Origin: Bacteroidota bacterium
GTDB taxonomy: Bacteria; Bacteroidota; Bacteroidia; UBA4408
DNA: 64,000 nt
NCBI GenBank assembly: GCA_046297395.1
Contig: JBKCNM010000032.1
Span: 36,312-100,311, forward strand
Direction: 5' to 3'
In this document: positions 39,120 to 48,321 of the stretch, piece by piece
Layout: each line of letters begins with the position of its first letter
Position numbering within the stretch: the stretch's first letter is position 1
Made by a program: the position numbers and the translations under genes
Notes under the pieces: generated by a model
The model's database searches: none
Told to the model about the DNA's origin: nothing
What the model saw: the letters and a program-made list of their open reading frames with translations, nothing else

Positions 39120-39209
39120 GGTGAGGTGCCTGAGAGGCCGAAAGGAACAGTTTGCTAAACTGTCGTACGGGTAACCGTACCGAGGGTTCGAATCCCTCCC
39201 TCACCGCCA
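39120..39209 (+). tRNA. tRNA-Ser (anticodon GCT)
   Basis: Acceptor stem GGTGAGG/CCTCACC. Anticodon stem ACAGT…ACTGT with loop TTGCTAA. Long variable arm (class II). T-arm GAGGGTTCGAATCCCTC. Encoded CCA. Confidence 0.85.
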
Positions 39210-39216
39210 CCAAACA

Positions 39217-39241
39217 TCGCCCGAAAGGGCGTTATTTTTTT
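39217..39241 (+). terminator. rho-independent terminator after tRNA-Ser
   Basis: GCCCGAAAGGGC hairpin followed by a T7 run. Confidence 0.7.
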
Positions 39242-39345
39242 GGAGTGAAGTCAAGCTTGCTTGAACGAACACAAGAAAAAATAATACCTCACGAAGTGAG
39301 GTGTGATGTTTGGTGAAGCCTCCCCCAATTGGGGATCATGAAATC

Positions 39346-39391
39346 ATCCCTCCCTCACCGCCACCAAACATCGCCCGAAAGGGCGTTATTT
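39346..39391 (+). repeat. 46-bp perfect direct repeat of the tRNA-Ser 3' end plus terminator hairpin (copy 2; copy 1 at 39192-39237)
   Basis: Identical string ATCCCTCCCTCACCGCCACCAAACATCGCCCGAAAGGGCGTTATTT occurs twice, 154 bp apart. The intervening DNA contains a degenerate tRNA-like 5' half (GTGAGGTG…). Confidence 0.85.
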
Positions 39392-39450
39392 CCCATTAAG
39401 ACAGGATGTTCGTTAATGTAATATATCGGCAAACAAAAAGTGTTTGATTA

Positions 39451-39480
39451 AATAAAAAAAGCCGGACTATGTCCGGCTTT
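39451..39480 (-). terminator. bidirectional rho-independent terminator downstream of gldJ
   Basis: GCCGGAC-TAT-GTCCGGC hairpin flanked by an A-run and a T-run. Confidence 0.7.
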
Positions 39481-39497
39481 CTCTTTTTGCATTTCTG

Positions 39498-41042
39498 TTA
39501 TTTCTTCACATTTGCACCCAATCCTGCAGGGCTACCTACCCTGTCCATGGCGCAACGGAAACCGAGCCAATTGGTGGATTGTTTCTCATCAAGAAAGCGC
39601 CTTGTGCCGGGATTCATATAATACGCTCTGTCTTTCCAGCTGCCTCCTTTGTATACCCTGGCTTTGTCGTCAACCATGGATGATTTTGCGTATTCATACA
39701 TACCCATAGATTCTTTCTTTTCGGGATCAGGAACTGCTTTCCAGTCTTCAATCGCCTGCGACTGAATATCACCATCAAGATAATTGATGTTATCTGCTCT
39801 TTTGTAATTTCTACGCTCAGCGAGGTTGTCCTTCTCAACAGTTACATCTCTCCACTTCAACTGTCCGGGTATGCCAGTGATATTACCTGAGGAATCTGTA
39901 GTTACTTCTTCTAGTTTGGCATCAACTTTTCCTTCATCATCAAGAACCTTTGTCTTAAACACATTGCCTCTGAATGGACGGAAATCAGCTTTGTCTTCAC
40001 CACTGAGAGGACGATAAACATCCATCACCCATTCGCTTACATTGCCTGCCATGTTGTAAAGGCCAAAATCATTTGGCCAATAGGCAAGAACTGGAGAAGT
40101 GATATCAGCATTGTCGTTGAGCGCACTGGCAACACCCATATTGTCGCCTCTGCTTCTTTTAAAGTTGGCCATCATGCGACCAATATGAATCTCCTGATCG
40201 TTACGAACATAGTGACCATTCCAGGGATAAATACGACGCTCACTGATAATTTCATCGTTGGTATTACCTATGAAAGAGAGCGCTGCATATTCCCATTCCG
40301 CCTCGGTGGGCAGTCTGTAGTTAGGCAAAAGCATCCCATCTTCCATGCGTACTTTTCTTTCTCCGGCGCCTTTTGGATTGAGGTCAGGCAAAAGTCTTTG
40401 AACGGTTCCTTCATACTGTCCTGCAAGATAGGCATCGGTGTTAAAAGAGTTTTGGTTGGACCAATTCGCCGGATCCCATTGGAGGATTCCTTCTCTTACA
40501 AGAATCATTTCGTTTACACGATCTGTACGCCAGGTACAATAGTTGGAAGCCTGTAGCCAGTTTACACCAACGACGGGATAATTGGAGTAGGCGGGATGTC
40601 TCAGATAATATTCAACATAGGGTTCGTTATATCCGAGTCTTTCTCTCCATACCAAGGTATCGGGGAGCGCCTTTTTGAGCACTTCCGGAAAATCTGTTCC
40701 GTAAACACTTCTTAGCCAATAAAGATATTCTCTGTAGTTTGAGTTGGTAACCTCTGTTTCGTCGATATAAAAAGATGAAACAGTAACCTTTCTTGGGATA
40801 TTGTTCCAATCATACATCACATCTTGTTCAACCCTTCCCATGGTAAATGATCCGCCTTCAACAAGAACAAGTCCGGGACCTGTTTCCTGTTCCACATATG
40901 GAAGTTTTTCAAAACCACCATTGTCGGGAGAATTGTAATCCCAGCCTGTGGCATTGGATTTGTCTTTGCTGCAAGAGGCCAAGGTGATTGCAACGATGGC
41001 CAGGGAGAGCAACCCTTTGAACCCTGTGTTTTTCATTGTCAT
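39498..41042 (-). CDS. gldJ: gliding motility lipoprotein GldJ (FGE-sulfatase-like domain)
   Basis: Lipoprotein signal (…ITLASC). N-terminal region closely matches GldJ (…GLVLVEGGSFTMGRVEQDVMYDWNNIPRKVTVSSFYIDETEVTN…), i.e. a formylglycine-generating-enzyme-like fold. ~515 aa. Confidence 0.8.
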   Translation of the reverse strand: MTMKNTGFKGLLSLAIVAITLASCSKDKSNATGWDYNSPDNGGFEKLPYVEQETGPGLVLVEGGSFTMGRVEQDVMYDWNNIPRKVTVSSFYIDETEVTNSNYREYLYWLRSVYGTDFPEVLKKALPDTLVWRERLGYNEPYVEYYLRHPAYSNYPVVGVNWLQASNYCTWRTDRVNEMILVREGILQWDPANWSNQNSFNTDAYLAGQYEGTVQRLLPDLNPKGAGERKVRMEDGMLLPNYRLPTEAEWEYAALSFIGNTNDEIISERRIYPWNGHYVRNDQEIHIGRMMANFKRSRGDNMGVASALNDNADITSPVLAYWPNDFGLYNMAGNVSEWVMDVYRPLSGEDKADFRPFRGNVFKTKVLDDEGKVDAKLEEVTTDSSGNITGIPGQLKWRDVTVEKDNLAERRNYKRADNINYLDGDIQSQAIEDWKAVPDPEKKESMGMYEYAKSSMVDDKARVYKGGSWKDRAYYMNPGTRRFLDEKQSTNWLGFRCAMDRVGSPAGLGANVKK

Positions 41043-41130
41043 ACAATGATGTTTTGAATTAAAACGCAAATTAATGGTATTTATTGCTGATTATCAAGTG
41101 CCTTTTTAACGGAGAGATCCGACAAAAGGT

Positions 41131-42099
41131 TTAGAAAGTGGGGCAATTAACTGTGTTAAATACCTTTCTTTTCTTTCTGCAATAGAATTGAAAAGAGGCT
41201 GTTAACTCGTGAGAGCCATATCCACCACGGAGTTTGGAGATGGTCACATCATAGCTGTATCCTATTTTGAAGATGTTGTATCTGAAGCCAACAAGTGTAA
41301 TCAGGGCATCTCTGTTTCTGTACCAGAGACCACCTACGAATGGTCCTTTGGTAAAATACATTCCAAGATTGAGCTGTTGAAATGTCCCTTGCATCTGATA
41401 AATCACATTGGGAGATAAGTTGATGTCATCGTCCTCGCCCACAGGTATAATGGCCCCAATGTGACCGGTATACTTTCGGTAGAGGCGGGAATTATTGGCG
41501 CTTCCTGTCTTGATAAAAGCTTCATCCGGTTCTGCAAGATGGTGTACTGCTATTCCGCCAAAGAAATTGTTCCCAAAACCCATAATTCCTGCTGAAAAAT
41601 CTGCAAAGGAGCGATTGTTTCTGGCGAATCTTTCGTTGGTATTATAAATGAATCCATAACGGGAATGAATTTGATCAGGAAAGTTCATTCGGGAAGGATC
41701 AATGGTGCGCTGGACAAAGGTTGCTTGTATGGCTGCACGAATTGAAAATGAACGATTTACATTGATTTGATAGGAGTAAATACCGGATACTGAATTGGTA
41801 TTGATGGTTCCATTTCCCATTCTGTCGCTGTAGGCAATTACGCCAATACCACCGCCCAGATCATCAACATGTCTGTCGAATGTAGCTGCGTAGGTCACAT
41901 AGTTACCAATCACTCCGGGCCATTGGTTGCGATAGGTAGTAACCACTCTGGGACAACGGACAGAGCCGGCAAATGCAGGATTTAGGAAAAGGGGGTTGGC
42001 ATAAAATTGCGAAAAGTGCAAATCTTGTGCCTCCACTTTAAAAGTGATTGACTGAACAAGAATTACCAGTGGCAACAGGATTTTGATTCCCTTCATCAT
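41131..42099 (-). CDS. T9SS membrane protein, PorP/SprF family
   Basis: Signal peptide, then the family hallmark QDLHFSQFYANPLFLNPAFAG. ~320-aa beta-barrel-like body. ATG at 42099; the ORF-track N-terminal extension is antisense to porU. Confidence 0.8.
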   Translation of the reverse strand: MMKGIKILLPLVILVQSITFKVEAQDLHFSQFYANPLFLNPAFAGSVRCPRVVTTYRNQWPGVIGNYVTYAATFDRHVDDLGGGIGVIAYSDRMGNGTINTNSVSGIYSYQINVNRSFSIRAAIQATFVQRTIDPSRMNFPDQIHSRYGFIYNTNERFARNNRSFADFSAGIMGFGNNFFGGIAVHHLAEPDEAFIKTGSANNSRLYRKYTGHIGAIIPVGEDDDINLSPNVIYQMQGTFQQLNLGMYFTKGPFVGGLWYRNRDALITLVGFRYNIFKIGYSYDVTISKLRGGYGSHELTASFQFYCRKKRKVFNTVNCPTF

Positions 42100-42202
42100 T
42101 TTTTTCGAAACAACAAATTTATTATTTTTTTGGTTAGACAATAACATATGTCGAATTTCGTTCTGATAAATCACAAAAAAAGTTGATGTGCTCTCGAAGT
42201 TT

Positions 42203-45200
42203 ATGGTTTTAAAACCTTCCATTGTCAATATTATTGTGTGCTGCCTTTGCGTTTCTGCAGGTTCGATGCTGGCACAAACCAAGGTTAAAATCACTTTGAA
42301 CTGGGAAAAACCTGCAATGATGGGTGTTGAAGGCTTCATGAAGCCGGGCATGAGGTTCAGAGATTTTTGTCAGCCTGTTCAGATTAACAACTGCTGGATT
42401 CCTGAATATCAGCGCAGCCTCACCAATTTCCCTGCACATGGGTCATCGCAATTGATTAATCCGATTGTTGAACCCCTCACCGAAGAGGAGCAGCTTACAC
42501 TCACAGGCTGCAATGAGCTTCCGGAAAATTTTGAGGTTTTTACTAGTACCGGTTTAGAACGAGGAAAAAACATCCAGTTCATCAGGATGATACCAATCCG
42601 ACAGCAGAAAGGCAGAAATCCCGAAAAGCTAAAGAGTGCCACATTGCTATTTAGTAATCCCCAACCTACCGGTGAACAGAAAAGAGTGCGCACATTTGCC
42701 ACATCATCTGTTCTTAAGCAAGGCAAATGGTATCGGATTGGAATCACATCCGATGGCGTTTATAAATTGGATTATCGTTTCATAAAAAACACATTGGGTG
42801 TAGATCCTACTCAGATTAATCCACAACACATCCGGGTGTACGGCAATGGTGGAGGCCTGCTGCCTTTTTTAAATTCTGTCAGTCGTCCCGACGATCTTGT
42901 TGAAAATGCAATCAGGGTAGAAGGTGAATCTGATGGAATCTTCGATTCCACAGATTTCGTCTGGTTTTTTGGGCAAGGTCCGCATGTTTGGGTTCCCTCA
43001 GCAGGTTGTATTCCCCTCTCTCATCGTCTGCACTATTTCAGTGACACCAGCTATTACTACATCAATTTCGATACAGGTCCGGGTAAACGGATGAACAGAA
43101 CACCCTACAACGACAACAGTACATCGGTTAGCATTACAAAATTTGATGAATTTCAATACTACGAAAATGAAGCTGTAAACCTACTCTTATCAGGAAGGCG
43201 TTGGTTTGGAGAGAAGTTTGAAAATATTCCTGAATACACCTTCGATTTCAATTTTCCGAACATCAGCACAAACGATTCTGCAACAGTAAAGGCAGTTGTT
43301 ATGGCAAGATCAAAACCACAAAGCAGCTTCACACTTTCCTGCCAGAATTCCTCAAGAGAGATAAAACCTCCCATCATTGACCCCGGGGTTTACTACAGTG
43401 CTTATGGTAGAATTGACTCAGGATGTGTGAAATTGCTGCCAAACCAGCAAAAGCTTACTGTTAAGTTAGCTTTCAATAAAAACCCCTTGTTTGCCTCTGC
43501 CGTCGGCTACCTCGATTACCTTGAGGTTCATGCAATCAGACAATTAAGGATGTTCGGCAATTATCTTCAATTTCGGAGTCTGAGCACAGTTGCTCCCGGG
43601 CAGCAAGGAAAATTTATCATTGGTGATGCTTCAGCCACAAGCATTGTTCTAGATGTAACAAATCCACTTGAACCTTTTTTAATTGAAGGCAGAGTGGATG
43701 GCAATCAGCTGGTTTTTCATGCAGATGTTTCCGCCCTCAGGGAATATGTTGCGTTTAACCCTTCATCCAATGCATTAAAAACGCCGGTGTATTTTGGCGA
43801 AACATCCAATCAAGACTTGCATGGCAGTAATCCTGTTGACTTGATCATGGTTGTTCATCCGCTTTTTTGGGAACAAGGCCTCCGAATCAAAAGATTGCAT
43901 GAAACCAATGATGGTTTGAGGGTACTCATGGCAACTCCGCAAATGATTTACAACGAATTTTCATCAGGCAAACAAGATATCACTTCAATCAAATCTCTTG
44001 CAAAATTGTTTTATGACAAAGCTGCCACCCCCGCTGATCAGCCCAAATACCTTTTGCTTTTCGGGGATGCCAGCTATAACAACAAGAATCGCACAAAAAA
44101 CGGAAATACGGATTTCATTCCCAGCTACCAAAGTGAAGAATCTCTGGCCATGATTTTTTCATATGTGAGCGATGATTATTTTGGCTTGCTCGACGACAAT
44201 GAAAGCGACATGCTTTCAAGTCCCATAGACATTGGCATCGGTCGTTTGCCGGTTAAAACGGCCGAGGAAGCAAAAAATGTTACTGATAAAATCATTCAGT
44301 ATGAAACTTTAAAATACCCCGAGAATGCGCTGCAATCCAATAATTGCAACAGCACAGGACTTGCGGTGAATGGCGATTGGAAGAACACGGTTTGTTTTGT
44401 AGCCGACGACCAGGACAACGGCATTCACATGATGGATGCCGACCGATTGGCAACATTTGTGGATACTACACACAAAGTATACAACATCGAAAAAATTTAT
44501 ACTGATTTTTACAAACAGTTCACCAGTGCCGGTGGACAGAGATATCCTGATGCCAATAGTGCCATTAACCAGCGTGTACAGCGTGGTGCTTTGATTGTAA
44601 ATTACACAGGACATGGGAGTGAAGCAGGATGGGCACAAGAAAGAATACTGGAGGTAAAGGATATTCTCTCATGGAAAAACGAAGAGAGGAATCCGTTTTT
44701 TGTGACAGCCACCTGCGAGTTTTCCAGATTTGATGATCCACTGAGAACATCTGCAGGTGAGGATGTAATCCTTCAGGCAGGGGGTGGCGGAATTGGTTTG
44801 CTTACTACCACAAGACTGGTGTATTCCGGGCCCAACTTTACCCTGAACAACAATTTTATCTCCAACGCATTTGTGATTGATTCTACCACCGGAAAATTTT
44901 ATACCCTTGGCGATTTAACCCGCATCACAAAAAATATCAGTGCTACGCAGAATCCCAACAGCAACAACCACCGCAATTTTACCCTACTTGGTGATCCTGC
45001 AATGCGACTCAATTATCCCCAGAAAAAAATCACCACAACATCCGTGAAACTGATACCATCATCAAGTACTTCAGACACACTAAGGGCTTTGAGTAAAGTG
45101 GAAGTGACAGGATATGTAACAGATGAAAACGGGATCAAATTGAGCAATTTTAACGGGTTTGTTTACCCCAGCATATTCGATAAAAAATCCATCATCCGCA

Positions 45201-46114
45201 ACCTCAGGAACGACAGCACAGGTTCTGACCAAACGCCTCGGAGAAACTTTTCCGTTCAAAAAAACATTTTATACAAAGGAAAGGTGAGTGTTACCAATGG
45301 AGAATTCAGTTTTGTATTTGTGGTACCTAAGGACATTGCCTATAATTTTGGGAAGGGTAAAGTGTCCTATTATGCCATCTCTAAAAATATAGATGCAAAT
45401 GGTTATTTTGATGATTTTATCATTGGGGGAACAAATACAAATGCCCCCACTGACAACTCCGGACCTGAAATTAAATTATTTATGAATGATGATAAGTTTA
45501 TAGCAGGGAGTATTACCGATGAAAATCCGCGACTGATTGCTTACATCAGTGATGAAAACGGAATCAATACGGTCGGCTCAGGTATCGGCCATGATATTGT
45601 TGCTTCACTGAATGAGAACAATCAAAGCAGCATTGTACTAAACGACTATTACCAGTCTGATCTGAACAGTTACCAATCTGGCAGTATTCAATATCCTTTT
45701 AAAGACCTCGCGGAAGGCAATTATACTTTGTCGCTTAAAGTTTGGGATGTATACAATAATTCCGGCAAAGGCAAGACAGAGTTTACAGTTGCTCGCTCCG
45801 CCAAGCTTGCCCTCGATCATGTGATGAATTATCCGAATCCGTTTACCACCCGCACCCGTTTTCTTTTTGAGCACAACAGACCTTGTGAGCCACTGGATGT
45901 GCTGATTCAGATCTTTTCAGTTTCAGGAAAGCTGGTAAAAAGCATCGAGTCCAGCATCCAATGTGAAGGGTATCGCTCAGACAAAATAGAATGGGACGGA
46001 AGAGACGATTTTGGAGATAAAATCGGAAAAGGAGTATATATATACCGAATACAGGTTACTGCTTCAGATGGAAACAGCGCCGAAAAATTTGAAAAACTTG
46101 TGATCTTAAATTAA
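42203..46114 (+). CDS. porU: T9SS sortase PorU (C25 gingipain-family peptidase)
   Basis: Signal peptide. C25 peptidase core with catalytic His (NYTGHGSE) and Cys (TATCEFSRFDD). C-terminal CTD-like beta-sandwich. ~1300 aa, typical of PorU. Immediately followed by porV. Confidence 0.8.
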   Translation: MVLKPSIVNIIVCCLCVSAGSMLAQTKVKITLNWEKPAMMGVEGFMKPGMRFRDFCQPVQINNCWIPEYQRSLTNFPAHGSSQLINPIVEPLTEEEQLTLTGCNELPENFEVFTSTGLERGKNIQFIRMIPIRQQKGRNPEKLKSATLLFSNPQPTGEQKRVRTFATSSVLKQGKWYRIGITSDGVYKLDYRFIKNTLGVDPTQINPQHIRVYGNGGGLLPFLNSVSRPDDLVENAIRVEGESDGIFDSTDFVWFFGQGPHVWVPSAGCIPLSHRLHYFSDTSYYYINFDTGPGKRMNRTPYNDNSTSVSITKFDEFQYYENEAVNLLLSGRRWFGEKFENIPEYTFDFNFPNISTNDSATVKAVVMARSKPQSSFTLSCQNSSREIKPPIIDPGVYYSAYGRIDSGCVKLLPNQQKLTVKLAFNKNPLFASAVGYLDYLEVHAIRQLRMFGNYLQFRSLSTVAPGQQGKFIIGDASATSIVLDVTNPLEPFLIEGRVDGNQLVFHADVSALREYVAFNPSSNALKTPVYFGETSNQDLHGSNPVDLIMVVHPLFWEQGLRIKRLHETNDGLRVLMATPQMIYNEFSSGKQDITSIKSLAKLFYDKAATPADQPKYLLLFGDASYNNKNRTKNGNTDFIPSYQSEESLAMIFSYVSDDYFGLLDDNESDMLSSPIDIGIGRLPVKTAEEAKNVTDKIIQYETLKYPENALQSNNCNSTGLAVNGDWKNTVCFVADDQDNGIHMMDADRLATFVDTTHKVYNIEKIYTDFYKQFTSAGGQRYPDANSAINQRVQRGALIVNYTGHGSEAGWAQERILEVKDILSWKNEERNPFFVTATCEFSRFDDPLRTSAGEDVILQAGGGGIGLLTTTRLVYSGPNFTLNNNFISNAFVIDSTTGKFYTLGDLTRITKNISATQNPNSNNHRNFTLLGDPAMRLNYPQKKITTTSVKLIPSSSTSDTLRALSKVEVTGYVTDENGIKLSNFNGFVYPSIFDKKSIIRNLRNDSTGSDQTPRRNFSVQKNILYKGKVSVTNGEFSFVFVVPKDIAYNFGKGKVSYYAISKNIDANGYFDDFIIGGTNTNAPTDNSGPEIKLFMNDDKFIAGSITDENPRLIAYISDENGINTVGSGIGHDIVASLNENNQSSIVLNDYYQSDLNSYQSGSIQYPFKDLAEGNYTLSLKVWDVYNNSGKGKTEFTVARSAKLALDHVMNYPNPFTTRTRFLFEHNRPCEPLDVLIQIFSVSGKLVKSIESSIQCEGYRSDKIEWDGRDDFGDKIGKGVYIYRIQVTASDGNSAEKFEKLVILN

Positions 46115-46145
46115 GCATTACTCAAAACCATATCTTTGTCAGACC

Positions 46146-47390
46146 ATGTTGAATCCTCTTTTTCCTTTGAAAAAAACCGCTAAAATCACCATCCTTTTTT
46201 TAATGGCTGTTGGTGGTTCCTTTGCACAAAAAGCCACAAATACCCAGCTCGCCAGTGATAAGCTTCAGATTAATACCATCACCACAGCTGTTCCTTTTTT
46301 ACTCATCGGGCCGGATTCAAAGGCGGGCGGAATGGGTGAAACAGGAGTTGCTACCGAAGCAGATTGTAATTCCATGCACTGGAATCCTGCAAAGTATGCG
46401 TTTATAGAAAAACAAAGTGGGTTCTCGCTTTCTTATATTCCATGGTTGAGACAATTGGTAGACGACATCAATCTTTCTTATTTGTCAGGATATTACAAGG
46501 TGGGAAAAGACCAGACACTGGCTGCTTCCCTTCGCTATTTTTCTCTCGGAAATATCATGTTCACTGATAATAATGGAACGAACATCAGGGAATTCCGTCC
46601 CAATGAATTTGGTTTGGATGTGGCATACTCGCGCAAACTTTCGGACCGTGTTTCAGGTGGATTAGCCCTTCGATATGTCTATTCCAACCTCACAGGAGGC
46701 ATCAATGTGGCAGGTGCAAATACAAAAGCCGGCCAATCGGTTGCGGCAGATGTATCATTCCTTTATCAAAACACCGATATGGAAATAAATGGAAACAAGA
46801 GTAGACTTGCCTTTGGTGCAAACATTTCCAATATCGGTTCAAAGATGTCCTACACCACTACCCTTCGCAGAGACTTTATTCCAGTTAATATGAGACTTGG
46901 GGGCTCTTTCCGACTGAACATGGACCAGTACAATGCAATTGCCATTCATCTTGATTTCAATAAACTTTTGGTACCTACACCTCCTGTTTATGAAGTGGAT
47001 GCAAGCGGAAAAATTGTTACCGGCCCGGATGGTACTCCTAACATTGCTGCCGGAGAAAATCCACACAGGTCTTTGGCTTCAGGAATTTTCGGTTCATTTT
47101 CTGATGCTCCCGGTGGCAGCCGAGAGGAACTGAGGGAGGTAATGACAAATGTGGGATTGGAATATTGCTACGACAACCTTTTTTCTTTCCGTACAGGCTA
47201 TTTTCATGAAAATGTTACGAAGGGTAACAGACAGGTTTTTACAGTAGGATTTGGCATTCGCTACAGCTCCTTTAACTTCGATGCATCCTATTTAATTCCC
47301 ACCAACCGACAAAACAGTCCACTGAACAATACCTTTCGGTTCACACTGGGATTTGATTTCGGTGAAAGCAAAAAGAAATCCAAAGAATAA
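46146..47390 (+). CDS. porV: T9SS outer-membrane shuttle protein PorV (LptO)
   Basis: Signal peptide. Conserved PorV motif …VPFLLIGPDSKAGGMGETGVA…. 414-aa beta-barrel. Genomic pairing with porU. Confidence 0.8.
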   Translation: MLNPLFPLKKTAKITILFLMAVGGSFAQKATNTQLASDKLQINTITTAVPFLLIGPDSKAGGMGETGVATEADCNSMHWNPAKYAFIEKQSGFSLSYIPWLRQLVDDINLSYLSGYYKVGKDQTLAASLRYFSLGNIMFTDNNGTNIREFRPNEFGLDVAYSRKLSDRVSGGLALRYVYSNLTGGINVAGANTKAGQSVAADVSFLYQNTDMEINGNKSRLAFGANISNIGSKMSYTTTLRRDFIPVNMRLGGSFRLNMDQYNAIAIHLDFNKLLVPTPPVYEVDASGKIVTGPDGTPNIAAGENPHRSLASGIFGSFSDAPGGSREELREVMTNVGLEYCYDNLFSFRTGYFHENVTKGNRQVFTVGFGIRYSSFNFDASYLIPTNRQNSPLNNTFRFTLGFDFGESKKKSKE

Positions 47391-47399
47391 ATTCCTCGG

Positions 47400-47882
47400 A
47401 TGAGAGATATCCGCATAGGTCATGGGTATGATGTACATCAACTCACAGAAGGTCGCAAACTGATTTTGGGCGGGGTAGACATCCCTCATCATAAAGGAGC
47501 ATTGGGGCATTCTGATGCCGATGTACTTCTTCATAGCATCTGTGATGCCTTGCTCGGTGCTCTGGCCTTAGGAGATATAGGCAAACACTTCCCTGATACA
47601 GATGCAAATTTTAAAAACATAGATAGCCGTATTTTGCTGGAAAAGGTCTGCCGACTGGTGACTGATAAAGGATACCTAATTTCAAATATTGATGTATCAC
47701 TTTGTCTTGAGAAACCCAAAGTACTTCCCTATGCCGATGCGATGAAAAAAAACATTGCCGAAATAACCGGGCTCACTGCAGACAGAATATCCATCAAAGC
47801 CACAACCTCAGAAAAGATGGGCTTTGTAGGAAGACAAGAAGGAGTTTTCTGCCACTGCTCAGCCCTCCTCTTTCTGCCCTGA
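47400..47882 (+). CDS. ispF: 2-C-methyl-D-erythritol 2,4-cyclodiphosphate synthase
   Basis: IGHGYDVH…GHSDADV…DIGK motifs. 160 aa. Confidence 0.9.
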   Translation: MRDIRIGHGYDVHQLTEGRKLILGGVDIPHHKGALGHSDADVLLHSICDALLGALALGDIGKHFPDTDANFKNIDSRILLEKVCRLVTDKGYLISNIDVSLCLEKPKVLPYADAMKKNIAEITGLTADRISIKATTSEKMGFVGRQEGVFCHCSALLFLP

Positions 47883-47963
47883 GTTTGTTAAATATGCGGG
47901 GTGGATAACTTTTCCCGAACTGAGATAAAGTACCCCAACACTTTGTAATTTTGATGCCGGAAA

Positions 47964-48284
47964 ATGAAAAGATTCGCCTTGCCTCCCGGTTTCAAATGGC
48001 TTAAAAACAAATACTTCATTTCTTCTATTTTGATGCTTTCCTGGCTTGCCTTTTTTGATCGGTTTGATCTCATGAGCCAGTATCGTCTGCAAAAGACTCT
48101 TCAAAATCTCAAAGCGGAAAAAAATTTCTATGAAAAAGAAATATCGCTGAACAGAAATACCATAGATGAGCTCAACAACAATCCGGAGAAAAGAGAAAAA
48201 TTTGGGAGAGAAAAATACCTGATGAAGAAGAATGATGAGGATATTTTCCTGATTATTGATACCCTCAGTCAATCAGCACAATAA
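47964..48284 (+). CDS. septum formation initiator (FtsB/DivIC-like) protein
   Basis: Single N-terminal TM followed by a coiled coil. 106 aa. Confidence 0.55.
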   Translation: MKRFALPPGFKWLKNKYFISSILMLSWLAFFDRFDLMSQYRLQKTLQNLKAEKNFYEKEISLNRNTIDELNNNPEKREKFGREKYLMKKNDEDIFLIIDTLSQSAQ

Positions 48285-48321
48285 CACCTGAATTTTAAAA
48301 ACTTGGCATAAAAATTTACGC

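Noticed and set aside
39237-39345. Possible integrase or cargo between the tRNA-Ser direct repeats
   Set aside because: Only 108 bp with stop codons in all frames. Too small for any protein, so it is treated as a scar or pseudo-tRNA remnant rather than a mobile element.
42100-42351. Long N-terminal extension of the PorP/SprF ORF (MPGFMKPSTP…) overlapping the porU start
   Set aside because: The family hallmark and signal peptide begin at the ATG at 42099. The extension is antisense to the porU 5' region and has no protein-like features.
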